A DNA stretch of 62,938 bases, counting the filler, from Craspedostauros australis (taxonomy: Eukaryota): the NCBI GenBank assembly GCA_030167865.1. It is 13 parts of 13 records of this genome, joined end to end, with 100 filler letters (N's around TTAATTAATTAA, not from the genome) between each part and the next. Parts side by side here need not be neighbours in the genome. Positions count along the whole stretch, not along the records: positions 22,515 to 27,688 come from JALAGF010006579.1; positions 27,789 to 34,756 come from JALAGF010006580.1; 11 more parts are not named here. One strand, 5' to 3'. Below the pieces are notes generated by a model. That model did no database searches and was not told where the DNA came from. It saw only the letters and a list, made by a program, of their open reading frames with translations. The translations under genes were made by a program, and so were the position numbers. Below, piece after piece: positions 22,515 to 34,856 of this stretch (the first letter of the stretch is position 1; every line of letters begins with the position of its first letter).

Positions 22515-24900
22515 GCGCCATTCTGTCATAGCAGCTTTTGGCATCGTTGGAGCATATGCAGCTGGTGGCCGCCGTCGCCCGTATGATGTCATCCGTCAGT
22601 CTGTTGTTGAGACTTACTTCCGCTGCGCTGCGTTGTTTGCGGCTGCCGTATTGCTCTTCTGGTAGTTGTCGCTCTGTTTCTGCGTGTTTCATCATAACCT
22701 TTCCTATCCACTTCAGGTTCGCGTTGAAATCACCCTCGACCAGGCTGATGGTTCTGAATCTGGTCACTCTGAAGTTTCCGGGCTCCTTCAGCAGCGTCAC
22801 GTCGGTGCATGTGAGCCATCTGCGCAGATTGTACCCAGTTCGAAGGGATATTTCTCGCATAGCGGCGTCGACGATTGCAGCCTCCTCATGTTGTGCGTTG
22901 GCTTTCCAGAGTCCAAAATGCAGACCGGAGGGACCCGAGGTGGTCTTCTCTCGCGCTTTCCCCCATAGCTGTTGGTGGTTGGCTACGGTGATCTCGAGCT
23001 CCTCTTCCTTCCAGGTGCTAGCGCCCGGCCGGTCCAGTGTCTCGAGCAGCCTGTTGGTGTGCGGATCCATTCGGTGTTGGTGTCTGCGTTGAGTGGCTCG
23101 GATTCCGAGTCGGCGTATGTCTCTCGCGAAGGCTGGGCGTTGTAGTGGGGTGATGTAGGCTTGCCTGTATTTCGACTCGTTAGCTTTCATGCATTGGGAT
23201 ATCACTTGCTGCTCTTTGTCGTAAACTTCCTCTTCGCCGGACTTGTTCTCCGCTATGACCATCGTGACCTTGCTGCCTGCATCGTTGTTCCCGACCGCGC
23301 TGCGGATGGCCTTGTACATCTCGACTATCTCCTCGCGCTTCTGTATGGACCGTAGCGCGGCTTCCGACGATATGTTGCCATCTTTGGCCACTTCCTCCGC
23401 TCTGGCTTGTAGAAAGGTGCGTCGGTGGGCCCATGCCTCCTTTTTGGCCTGTTTCCATCGGGTATGCGCGCGCTTCCGTTTATCTTCCAGCTCGTCGATA
23501 CTCAACGTGGCTGTTCTCACCTCCACGTGTGCTTGCTTTTTCGCTCTTTCGTACCATCGTGCGCTTACTTTCTTGCCTTTCCGTCGTTTCCATGCGAGAT
23601 TCCAGAATTGCTTCTCCATTGCTCTTCGCTTGATTTCGGGAGAGAATGGGACTTGGCCTGTATATATCGCGCGTGCTCCTTTCTCTGCGGTCAGCATAAT
23701 GGTTGTTCGTTCTTGATCGATGTCTTCCAACCGACCTTTCTGTTCTGGCGTCATGTTGTTGTGGGTCCTGATTTCTTCTCGTAGCTTCTCCGCCCTTTGT
23801 CTCAGCTTATGTCGTTCATATTGTTTGCATACCTCTTTTTGGTATTTGCGCACCGTTTTCGGCTTGCTTAGCTGAACTCTTCGGCCTTCGAATTTTCGCG
23901 TGGGTGTACTGGCTGTGCCGAACACTGATTCTTGGTGCACTTCGATCCATGCCGTGCGATGATCCCATGGTCCAAAGGCGCTGTACCCAGACCTTACCAC
24001 CTGCAATGACGCCGGCACCCATATTCCATCGATGATCCTGTTGGAGTTTGCTCTGATGTTCGTGGAGATGCTTGGCGCTTCCGAGTGCTTGCTGAGGATA
24101 GACTCACGCATTCCGTGCTTGTGCATCATGGTTGCCATTTGTGATCGTGCTACCGGCATGTTGACGTCGCCTCCTACTATCACCGTTTCTCCGGCTTCCT
24201 GCCATGCTTGCATCTCTGCCTCCAGATCTTGTATCAGCTGCTCGATGGGTGATGTGCGGATCCCTTGCGATTCGAGCCAGGATGCTTGTTGGTTGTAGAC
24301 CGTTCCTGGACTTTGACCTCCCTTGGTTGGGATGTACACGCTGACGAATCGAATGGTGGTATCCTTTCTCCCCCGCACTGCAATGCTCGTCCACCGCCCC
24401 AGTTTCCTCGGGTCGCTGCTGATGTCCTTGTATCGCCCCGTGATGTTTCCTATCATGGTGCATGCTGTTCCACCCCATTGTTTTGGACCGCCCATGCGTT
24501 CTTGTTCGTTGAATGCNAGTGCGTGTCGTTCGGAGCGCACATGCTTGCGTGACCTTGCTTTCCATGAATTCATCTTTCCCAGTTTTGACCAATTGACCCC
24601 TACCTCTGACAGAAGAGCCACGTCGATTTGCATCTGTTTGATCCACTGCCATAGGTCGTCGTTCTTCCAGTGTTTTGACTCGGCTTGGAGACACCCCACG
24701 TTCAAGGCTGCGATTCGTAATAAGGTGCTGCCTTTGCTGATCGTGGGATCTCCCCAGTGCCTGTCACGGAGGTCCTGCCCGTCGCGGCGCGTTTCCTCCA
24801 AGTTTGCATCTGTTGGGCTTGCGGGGGTGGCTGTCGTTGCTTCACCTGCCCCCAGCCTTGCATTATTCTTGGTCCTCGCCACTGCCCGTGCTTGAGGCAT
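22515..24900 (-). CDS. LINE ORF2: APE endonuclease and N-terminal part of reverse transcriptase
   Basis: IAALNV, LLSEVGVNW, VGGDVN, IIDGIW, DHR (APE); SGPSG, FRTISL, EQYGSRK, SNDAKSCYDR (RT). Confidence 0.92.
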
Positions 24901-27307
24901 TTGGCGTGGCTTTGGACGCTTCTAGTTGAGCGCGCAGTGCCGCTATGATAGATTCTTGGCTGGAGATCGTGTTGGATTGTTCTTGCACTCTCACACGACT
25001 TGCTTCGAGTTCCTGCGCTTCACGCGCCATTTTCATTGCTTCCTCCAATTCTGCATCGATTGCTGCTCTTTCATCTATTTCTGTCTCTGACTCTGGGATG
25101 GTGTACCTGGATGAGGCTGCCGACTTTCCGTACTCTGTTCCGAAGGTCTTAAAGCTCTCATCTTCCAGTCTTGCCTTTTTGCGTTTTGGTTCTGCGTTGT
25201 CTCGTTCCATCAAGTTGATGCCCTCGATAACCACGTTGCCGAATCCTTCGTCTAGCAGGAAGTCCATTTCTTCCTCTGTTTCAACATCCACGTATTCGCC
25301 GCTGCCGTCTTTCTTCATGGCACAGCTCATTGCGATGATGTCTTCTGAGAACCATTTCTTGGTAGATTCGTTGATTTCGGAGGTGCATCTGATGCCAATT
25401 GTGTGGATGAGTCCGACTGCTTGTGCGTATCGTTCCTCGAATGCGACGATGTGGATAGCGTCTTCTTTGCCGTCGGCCATGTGCGTGGTACTGACATCGT
25501 GTATCAATGGACTGCCGTCCTCTGTCTGGTTGGCGAGGAACTCGCGGAGAGTGATGGTGTTGGTTTCCGGGTCTTTGGTGTCCAGAGCGAAGTCGCCTTT
25601 GAGCTGCTCGTATTTGAGTCGCCTGACGTAGTTCTGGTGCTTTCTGACCATTGCTTGTACCTTCGTTGCTGTCTTGGCTCCCATCACCGATGTTCCTGGC
25701 TTGGGCACGTAGCGGTAGTTCAATCCCTTTCTGTCACTGTCTTTGGAGTTGAAGATTTTTCCCAACAACTTCGATGCTCTCCGGGCGTCTTTGACATCTG
25801 CGTGTAGATGGAGCGCCATCCATGGTGAGTTGTACCAGCTGCCTCCGTTCTGCAGGTGGTCGTCTTTCACTTCCTCCGACACCTTGCCCATGAACTTCAC
25901 TCTTCCTCCTACCTTGAGCTTTGCTCGTTTCTCCTCAAGTAGTAGGTTGATGATCGCCAGAGCTTGTTTGGCTTTGGTGAAGTTGCCGGAGTACGCCATG
26001 AAACCGATTTCCGTGGTGTGTTCTGCATCTTTCAGATCTTGGATGTAGGAGTATTCGCCTTCGTTGTACGCCCCTTCAAGTTCCGTGTTCCAGCTAGTGA
26101 ACATTTGCATGTCCATATTGGATGACATCAGAATCTGGAGGTATACGTCCTCACTCTTTGATGTTGGGTTGGCACGTCCGATGTAGTACCTGAGGTCTTT
26201 CCACGCTGCTGGGATGTCGGCTGAGGTGATGATGCATCCTTTGGATTTGTTCTTTTTGTACCATGGGCTGATGACCAGGCTTGAGTCCAAGTCCTTTGCT
26301 TCTTCGTACCACTGTCTGAACCGCTCCTGGAAATCTCTGACCGGAGTGCGGGAACCCTTGGATATCTTCAGTCGCATCTCGAACCTTTCGTAGTACCGTC
26401 GGTTCGGATTGGACATCTGAGGGGTCTTCTTCTGTTTCTTGGTCCACCCCTCTTCATCTCCTGATTGGTTCGGTGCTGTCTCATTTGGTGCCTTGGGTTT
26501 GCTCGCCACGCTGGGGTTGCCATTTGCGTCTCTTGGAGCTGGTGCCGTAATCCTTGTGGCTGTTGTGAATGATGTGAGATTAGATTGTCGAAGCGGCTTT
26601 TTGTTGATGAGCGATTTCAGGTCATAGCTGTCGTCGTCATCGCTGTCGACCTGCATTGTCTCTGCGTCTGAATTCACTTCCGGAGGTGGCAGCTCGTCCA
26701 TGTATTGACATCCCATGTAGTTGGTGGCTGCTGCCCACAGGACCGTCATTTGATTGGCTGCCATTGCTTTCTCTCCTGGCTTGAGCGCGTCCTTGAAGCA
26801 TTTGACTGGGTCGGTAAGCGATAAGTCTGCTATCAGCTGTTTGATGGCCATTCGTGCTGGGGCTTCGGGTTGAATTTTGGTTTTCCCCAACCTCGTGGTG
26901 CGACCATCCATCACTGTCTGGAAGAATGCTGTCGTCTCTTTGATCGTAGGCATGCTGGCTGACACCAATGATGTATCTTTTCCTTCCCATTTGGCTTTCA
27001 TGATAAGCGTCTTCTTCACTTGGTTGTGCAGAGCCCTCTCTTCTTCTCCGTACACTTCTTCCGGTTGGAATCCTTTGGCTTGTTGTGCCATCGTCTCATT
27101 CAGCTTTTTCCATCGCGAGGTGTTCGGATCTCGCCAAGCTGTCGCTACTTCTCCGTTCTTCTCCATCATCTCTTGCTCGTTTTCTTTCGGATTTGGCTTG
27201 GGTGGTGGCTTTGGAGTTGCTGTTTGCACAGCTTGTCCTGTTGCCGGTGCCATCTCGTTGTCGTCGGTGCGATCGTCTACAATTCTCACGTGTTTCGTCA
27301 TCTTCAT
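24863..27307 (-). CDS. LINE ORF1 protein
   Basis: Intact ORF, likely ATG at 27307 (MKMTKHVRI); charged/coiled-coil-like C-terminus; overlaps the ORF2 ATG by 38 nt. Confidence 0.75.
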   Translation of the reverse strand: MKMTKHVRIVDDRTDDNEMAPATGQAVQTATPKPPPKPNPKENEQEMMEKNGEVATAWRDPNTSRWKKLNETMAQQAKGFQPEEVYGEEERALHNQVKKTLIMKAKWEGKDTSLVSASMPTIKETTAFFQTVMDGRTTRLGKTKIQPEAPARMAIKQLIADLSLTDPVKCFKDALKPGEKAMAANQMTVLWAAATNYMGCQYMDELPPPEVNSDAETMQVDSDDDDSYDLKSLINKKPLRQSNLTSFTTATRITAPAPRDANGNPSVASKPKAPNETAPNQSGDEEGWTKKQKKTPQMSNPNRRYYERFEMRLKISKGSRTPVRDFQERFRQWYEEAKDLDSSLVISPWYKKNKSKGCIITSADIPAAWKDLRYYIGRANPTSKSEDVYLQILMSSNMDMQMFTSWNTELEGAYNEGEYSYIQDLKDAEHTTEIGFMAYSGNFTKAKQALAIINLLLEEKRAKLKVGGRVKFMGKVSEEVKDDHLQNGGSWYNSPWMALHLHADVKDARRASKLLGKIFNSKDSDRKGLNYRYVPKPGTSVMGAKTATKVQAMVRKHQNYVRRLKYEQLKGDFALDTKDPETNTITLREFLANQTEDGSPLIHDVSTTHMADGKEDAIHIVAFEERYAQAVGLIHTIGIRCTSEINESTKKWFSEDIIAMSCAMKKDGSGEYVDVETEEEMDFLLDEGFGNVVIEGINLMERDNAEPKRKKARLEDESFKTFGTEYGKSAASSRYTIPESETEIDERAAIDAELEEAMKMAREAQELEASRVRVQEQSNTISSQESIIAALRAQLEASKATPNASSTGSGEDQE

Positions 27308-28152
27308 CGTCGGTTTCGGATCTTTCGTGTCACGTACAATTTGCTGTAGGTTGAGTACTGGTTTGATTGTGTTGTGTCGTTTTTTGTTTCTTTCTAGTGT
27401 TATCGTTGTTTTTGTTTTTTCGGGTTCTGGTATTATGACAAGAAGGCAAACATCTTGCGCAGTGTAGGAACGAGGTTTTCTCTTGGCCTTTTGCATCACT
27501 ATGAGAACGTTCTTGAAGATGTATCCCGTTTGCTCTTGGCGTTTGCCTACCCCATGAATTTTCCAGAGGCCGATCAACAGTCCTCCAAGACACTTCTTGC
27601 AGAGTTCCTCAAGCTGAACCCAAAGACGAACAAGTTCCGTGGAGCGAGCAAGAACCTGTGGAACCTCACAGCGGATGACCTATTCCATNNNNNNNNNNNN
27701 NNNNNNNNNNNNNNNNNNNNNNNNNNNNNNNNTTAATTAATTAANNNNNNNNNNNNNNNNNNNNNNNNNNNNNNNNNNNNNNNNNNNNCCATCCCCTGAA
27801 ACTGTCGATGTGACGCGATTTGGGACGCCTCCCCCAAAGGTTCGCTGTGACATTGAATCTTGGAAGGACTGACGTAAATCAAAGTAATCATACAATGACG
27901 TCATCAAGGTTGTCTAGCCTTATCCATGTTTTCGAGTAGCCTGCTTTGGCGCGAGATTCTCACAAGAGGAAGTTCGTTCCTCTCCACTTGTCGTTTCCGT
28001 TCACAACGAACAAAAAATAATGTTCAACTCTTCCACCTGCATGCTCGTGCTTGTTCGTATCTTTGCCTCCTCTTCCGTTTCAGTGTCTCTGCCATGTTGA
28101 TCATATGCACCACTTGCCTCGCATGTGTTCCCACAATGGACTTCTCCGAAAG

Positions 28153-29623
28153 ATGTCTCAACGCGTGTGGAATTGCTTGCCCGAGCGCGAGGCCTGCGCA
28201 GAGGCAAGGGCCAGATTCGTGCATGCCGCTACATGGCTAGCTCAGCTTCCAATAGACGATCTTGACGATGACGACATGGAGGATCTCCGTCTGCACTTCC
28301 GCGATGTGCTTGCCCTTGGTGTGCACACCCTGCAACTACAGCATCAATACCTTCTTCCACTGGATCCTCCACGGATTCATAGCAATCGTGGTGTGACAAT
28401 TCGTCAGCTGTCAGAGAGGGATGCTCTGAAACACTTCCGGTTTCGGAAGGACCACCTGCGTTGAATCCTCGTCGCGCTTTGGCCCAAATTCAACGCTGTG
28501 TCTGGTGAGGCCGATCCCAGATCTATACAGGTCAAGAATCGTTTGGCTGTGTCCTTCGAGGTCGGTGTTCTGATCATGCTGTATCGATTGGCTCATCGAG
28601 ATCGATTGATTGACATGGAGGATNGCTTCGATATGGATGTCAACAGGCTTTCTTGTATCTGTTCCACCTTCTTTCTTTACTTCTATGAAATCGCGGCTCC
28701 ATACCTGAGTGACATTGGGCTGTTCTACCCTCGCTTTCAGCAGTANNNNNNNNNNNNNNNNNNNNNNNNNNNNNNNNNNNNNNNNNNNNNNNNNNCGTTT
28801 GGCTGTGTCCTTCGAGGTCGGTGTTCTGATCATGCTGTATCGATTGGCTCATCGAGATCGATTGATTGACATGGAGGATTGCTTCGATATGGATGTCAAC
28901 AGGCTTTCTTGTATCTGTTCCACCTTCTTTCTTTACTTCTATGAAATCGCGGCTCCATACCTGAGTGACATTGGGCTGTTCTACCCTCGCTTTCAGCAGT
29001 ATGCTGACAATGTCTGCAAGCTCACAAAACAATTGGTCAACAATGTCATCGGCTTCGTCGACGGGACGTTCTCTGCAACGTGCCGACCAACCTACAACCA
29101 AGAATTGGCGTATTCTGGACACAAGCATCTGCATGGAGTGAAGTTCCAAGGGGTTGTTGGTGCAGATGGATTGATTCTTCATTACTATGGACCCATCCTG
29201 GGTGCCCGTCATGACATGCACATGCTGCGTGAGAGTGAAGTCGAGGATCGCTTGCGCCAATTGATGCCGTTGCCTGGTCACGATCCGCTGTATCGTTTGT
29301 ATGGCGATCCGGCGTACCAAACGATAGCATACATCCTTGGTGCATTTCGCAACACCACTCGGGGTTCTTCTGAAGCTCTGTGCAACAAGGACATGTCTAG
29401 TGCACGAATCTGTGTTGAGTGGGAGTTCATGGAGATCGGCAGGAACTTCCCATTGCTGGGGGTGAAGAATCAGCTCAAGATGTATTGGAATCCGCTCACC
29501 CACATGCAGTACATTGCGGCATTTTTCACCAACCTTCGTTGCACACTCTATGGCAATGAGCAATCATCGCGATACACATCTGAAAAGCTGTCCATGGAGG
29601 AGTATATCAGCTTGATTCCATGA
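28153..29623 (+). pseudogene. PIF/Harbinger-type (DDE_Tnp_4, HARBI1/ISL2EU-like) transposase with one in-frame stop
   Basis: FRFRK, LYRLA, GFVDGT, YSGHKHLHGVKFQ, GARHD, LYGDPAY, MSSARICVEWEF; TGA at 28462-28464; 28539-28745 is duplicated after the gap. Confidence 0.88.
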
Positions 29624-29723
29624 TCCAATTGGCTGTCATTCATTTCAATAATGTGCACTTTCGATAGTGCCATACATAATCAACTGTTACTATGTCCTAG
29701 TTACATCGTGTTCGTGGCGCATG

Positions 29724-30541
29724 TGATGGCGTTGCAAATGATGGCGTCGCTGATGATATTGTCACAAATGATAGCGTCGCAAATGATGGCATCGCTGATG
29801 ATGGCGTTGCTGATGATGGCATTGCTGATGATGGCATCGCTGATGATGGCGTCGCAAATGATGGCTTCACGGATGATGGCATCGCTGATGATGGCGTTGC
29901 GGATGATGGCGTCGCTGACAATAACGTCGCAAATGATGGAGTCGCTGATGATGGCGTTGCAAATGATGGCGTTGCAATTGATGGCGTCGCAAATTATGAC
30001 GTCGCTGATGATGGCGTTGCTGATGATGGCGTCGCAAATTATGGCGTCGCAAATTATGGCGTCACTGTTGATGGCGTTGCTGATGATGGCGTCGCAAATT
30101 ATGGCGTTTCTGATGATGGCGTCGCAAATTATGGCGTCGCGGATGATGGCGTTGCGGATGATGGCGTTGCGGATGATGGCGTTGCTGATGATGGCGTCGC
30201 TGACAATAACATCGCAAATGATGGAGTCGCTGTGGCGTCGCTGATGATATCGTCACTGATGATGGCGTTGCTGATGATGGCTTCGCAAATTATGGCGTCG
30301 CGGATGATGGCGTTGCTGATGATGGCGTCGCTGATGATGACGTCGCTGATGATGACGTTGCTGATGATGGCGTTGCTGATGATGACGTTGCTGATGATGG
30401 CGTTGCTGATGATGGCGTTGCTGATGATGGCGTTGCTGATGATGGCGTTGCTGATGATGGCGTTGCTGATGATGGCGTTGCAATTGATGGCGTCACTGAT
30501 GATGGCGTTGGTGATGATGGCGTTGCAAATTATGATGATGG
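29724..30541. repeat. 15-bp minisatellite, consensus CTGATGATGGCGTTG, about 54 units
   Basis: Visible 15-bp periodicity with variant units (CAAATGATGGCGTCG, CGGATGATGGCGTTG, CAAATTATGGCGTCG); one 4-nt deletion near 30232. Confidence 0.95.
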
Positions 30542-31274
30542 TATGCGAAGAGGGGCGCGCGTGTTTCAATCCGCACTTGATCGGCGCAGGCTGTCATTGT
30601 GTGTTGCAACGGGGATGATGATCATTTCATGGACAGCAAAGGACAGAGGATTCCAGCGTCAAATCCGCGCATAATTTTTCCATTCCGCCAGCCATCGATT
30701 GCACAAGCAGCCGATGTTGTGACGATGTTGATGGCAGTGGTGGCGATGGTGGTTGCCGTGACCATGGCCATCAAGAGAATAAGTTGGCGTGTTGCGCGCG
30801 GATGCTGCTGCTAGTGACGATGGGGAGTACCATGGACTGGTTGGAGGAATGCGCGTGCCCTCCTCCGCGCATCTTGGAAAGCATGAACCGGACGTTCACA
30901 GGCATGGCGGCGAGGATGATGAGGATGACGAGGATGACGACGATGAATTAGAATTGCACACGAGCAGTTCGCGCCGCAGATACCATCGTATGTGTGCACG
31001 AAGGATGCGATTGGGCGTGCAGGTTGAACATGGGCAGAGAAGACGTCGCAATCGGCTTGTTGTTGTTTTGTTTGTTTTCGCGCCATCTGCCCGCGATTTT
31101 GTGGCAGCCGTACCAACAGACGCAACGAAGGACGCGNNNNNNNNNNNNNNNNNNNNNNNNNNNNNNNNNNNNNNNNNNNNNNNNNNNNNNNNNNNNNNNN
31201 NNNNNNNNNNNNNNNNNNNNNNNNNNNNNNNNNNNNNNNNNNNNNNNNNNNNNNNNNNNNNNNNNNNNNNNNNN

Positions 31275-34200
31275 CATGAATAATGTCACCCAAGCAATCA
31301 CATCGCCAGTCACACCTACGAGTCGTGTTAACAGTCAATCAAGACTGACGAGTCGTGAATCAAAATTCAAGTCGGATTAGTCAAGACTCAAACTGAAGTC
31401 AGATGAGTCAAGACTCCAACTGGAAGTCTGATTAGTCAAGACTTAATCGTATGGAAATATTTGCATATGAGAAGACACTTCTTCAACCATTGACCTCCAA
31501 CCAAAATGAGAAACCTAATAGAGAAACCTAATAGAGAATGGATCGGGTTGGGAGAAGTGCAAACCGAATCATCTCGAAATGCATGAATACAGTCGACCAA
31601 GAGGTGCAGACAGCAGAAGAGAGAGAGATAGCTCAAGTAATCATAATTTGGTCTTACATCCACAACAACAACCTCAATCGTATCAAGTACAACATCATTC
31701 GAAAAAAAAAATACAACATCAATCGTACGCCGGCATAAGGCACAGTGATATCACTCCTTGCGGTTGAGCATCATCCAAGTCCAAGCAAGATGAGCGAAGT
31801 CAAGCCAGGACAGGAGCCTGTCCTCTATTGGGAGACTCCAAAAGAGAAGAAGTACCCTCGAAGCATGTACCTCAAGATGGATGTCTACGAAGATCCATCG
31901 GATGAGAGCAATATCAACACAGTGGAGACATCAGTCCTCAAGTTCAACGATGGGAGCGCAGAAGAATGGCTGAGGTTCCGCCGTGAATTCGATACTCTCA
32001 TGGCAGCAAAGCGTATGACCACTGCAGCACAGAAGATGGTCCACCTCAACAACTTGTTGATGGGGGATGCGCAGAATCGATTCGCGACAGCAGTGCAAGC
32101 AGTCAGTGGCAATACCACCTCATCAGCCAGCAGCAAGCTCCAAGAAGGGCTCAATGCTGTGGGTGCTCCATTCTTTGGACACCCAACAAGTGCTTGGCGT
32201 CGCCAGCGCAATTACATGCGCCAACATGCATCATTCAAGCATGGCGAACTGGCAAGCTTCCGTGCTCGGCTATTGGAACTAAATCAGTACCTTCCATTCA
32301 TGCCCAAGCCAGGAGCTAATATTACACCAACGGCATTCCCAGACTTTGAGCTGGTCGAGATCTTGGACCGAGCAAGTCCAGAACAATACAGCCGTGCCTT
32401 ACTCCAAAGTGGGTATCAGGTGTATGAGCACTCTTTCGAGGAGCTCTATCGTCGCCTCCTCGATGTGGCAAATAGTTGTCGCCCCCTCAAAAAGGGCAAT
32501 GGTGCCAAGAAAGGCAAGCGTAATGCTAGCGACGAAGGCAGCCGCGGAAGGCGCGGTAAACTCCGAAATAACGACAATAAACGCCAAAAAGGCAGTCCTG
32601 CAAAATCCATTCCCAAATGTGGGAGATGCGGCAGAATCGGACATGAAACCAATGAGTGCTGGAATGATCCGAAGAACGCAAGCCTCCGCCCAAGCGGCTG
32701 GCGCGTTCCGTCCGAAGACAAAAAGGCTTCCAACAAGAGTGATGAGAACCTCAATGTGGTCTTGACCCAAGAGCTCTTCCATCAACTCGTCCAATCCTTG
32801 CCAAGCAAGAAGAATCCAAAGAAGAAGCGTCGCATCTCCGATGTAGTTGATGAAAATGCCAACTACCTGCGTCAATTGAACCAGGACAATAATGATAACC
32901 GCTCTAGTAGCAGCGCATCTACAGAATACCTAACGCCTACACACAAATGTGCAGCAAATTGCTATAGTCTGGCTAGCAGAAAGGCCAAGCGCAGTAAACA
33001 TGACCATATGTCCACCGAAATTATTGGTGAAACGGTTGATAGCAAAGGCGAATTAGTGCAAATGCGTGTCCTGCTAGACTCTGGCACATCAAGCTGCCTG
33101 ATACTAAGAAAGTATGCTCCTTGCACACTGAGACACAAAAGTGGACTCATGAAGTGGAAAACGATGGGCGGCAACTTCTATACGTCCAGCCTGGCCACGA
33201 TCAATCTAGTGCTGCCTGAATTCCACTTGCATAAGTCGATCCGTTGGACCATGCACGTTGATGAAACAACGCAAGTTGAGAATGCCCAATACGATATGAT
33301 CGTGGGTACAGACTTGATGCATGAGCTCGGAATAGACTTGTCATTCTCAGATAACACAATGACATGGGATAATAGCACGATCCCAATGAAGAATCGTGGA
33401 GTGCTGACAGATAAGAAAGCACTCGACATTGCATACCATATAGCGATGCAGTCTACCCTGCTCAACAAAGCAGAAGATAGGCAGAAGCGAATCATGGATG
33501 CTGACTACAGCGAGATAGAGCTGGATAAATACGTGTCCAAGCTGAGCCATCTCAGCGAAGCGCAACAACAAAAGCTGCTTGCGACACTCCAACGTACACC
33601 GAAGACCTTCAAAGGAGGCCTGGGTACATTGAAGATCAGTCCAGTACATCTGGAACTCAAATCAAATGCAAAGCCATTCCATGGCAAAGCCTTTCCNNNN
33701 NNNNNNNNNNNNNNNNNNNNNNNNNNNNNNNNNNNNNNNNNNNNNNNNNNNATCGGAGTGTGGGAGAAGTTCTCCAATAGTGACTGGGCTGCACCCAGCT
33801 TCATCCAGCCAAAGAAGACTGGAGATGTCCGAGTACTAACTGACTTCCGGGAGCTTAACAAGCACCTGAAACGGCGACCATATCCGTTGCCGAAGATCCA
33901 GGACATGCTTCAGAAGCTGGAACAGTTCAAATACGCAACAGCATTCGACCTGTCAATGGGGTACTACCACATTCCATTAGATACCCCCAGCCAGAATTTG
34001 TGCACCACAGTATTACCGTGGGGAAAGTACAGATATAAAAAGCTGCCAATGGGTATATCCACAGCCCCTGACATATTCCAGCGCATCATGAATGAGCTGC
34101 TTGGAGACCTAGAATTCGTACTGGTCTACCTCGATGACATACTCGTCCTGTCGGACACAAATGACAGTGACGACGATCATCTGACAAAATGTCATGCTGT

Positions 34201-34756
34201 GCTCGCGCGTCTCCAAGATGCTGGGTTCGCTGTGAACCTGCGCAAGTCATTCTTCATGATGAAGGAGCTGGACTACTTGGGTTACAAACTGACGCAACGC
34301 GGCCTCGAGCCCCAGCCAAAGAAAGTGGAAGCGATACAGCGAGTGCTGCCGCCGTCGACAAAACGACAGCTGAGACGTTTCTTAGGCATGGTCAACTACT
34401 ACCGCGATATGTGGAAGCGCAGGAGCCATGTGTTGGCCCCNNNNNNNNNNCTTACCTCCCTCGCCGCCAAGAACATGAAATGGCACTGGGGCAAGACCCA
34501 ACAGAAAGCCTTCGATGAAGCCAAACAAATGGTAATGCGAGAGGCAGCGCTAGCATACCCAGATTTTAATAAAGAGTTCCATGTGCACGCCGATGCGAGC
34601 GACTACCAACTTGGTGGCGTGATAGCACAGGAAGGAAGGCCACTGGCATTCTATACTCGTAAACTTAATGCTGCTCAAACGCGGTACACCACAGGAGAGA
34701 AGGAGCTTCTCAGCATAGTCGAAACGCTGAAAGCATTCAACAATATTCTCCTTGGT
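31275..34756 (+). mobile_element. Ty3/gypsy LTR retrotransposon: partial 5' LTR (to 31718) and single gag-pol ORF
   Basis: The LTR ends in CAACA at 31718; domain order gag-PR-RT-RNase H. Confidence 0.95.
31790..34756 (+). CDS. Gypsy Gag-Pol polyprotein (3'-partial)
   Basis: ATG 31790; knuckle CGRCGRIGHETNEC; PR LLDSGTS; RT DFRELNK, LPMG, YLDD; RNase H DASDYQLGGV...EKELLSIV. Confidence 0.93.
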
Positions 34757-34856
34757 NNNNNNNNNNNNNNNNNNNNNNNNNNNNNNNNNNNNNNNNNNNN
34801 TTAATTAATTAANNNNNNNNNNNNNNNNNNNNNNNNNNNNNNNNNNNNNNNNNNNN

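Larger units (their letters stand above)
22515..27460 (-). mobile_element. Non-LTR retrotransposon (Ambal-like LINE) with ORF1 and ORF2, 3' end cut by the scaffold
   Basis: Long ORF1 overlaps an ORF2 carrying APE and RT motifs; the 5' boundary is approximate. Confidence 0.9.

Noticed and set aside
27455..27688. Host gene disrupted by the LINE insertion
   Set aside because: There is a short open frame at the scaffold end with no recognisable motif, and the other junction is not in the window.
29651..30618. Met-rich LMMAL membrane protein on the plus strand, and SATPS/QQRHH ORFs on the minus strand
   Set aside because: They are by-products of a 15-bp unit that is stop-free in these frames, and unit variation is less conservative in them.
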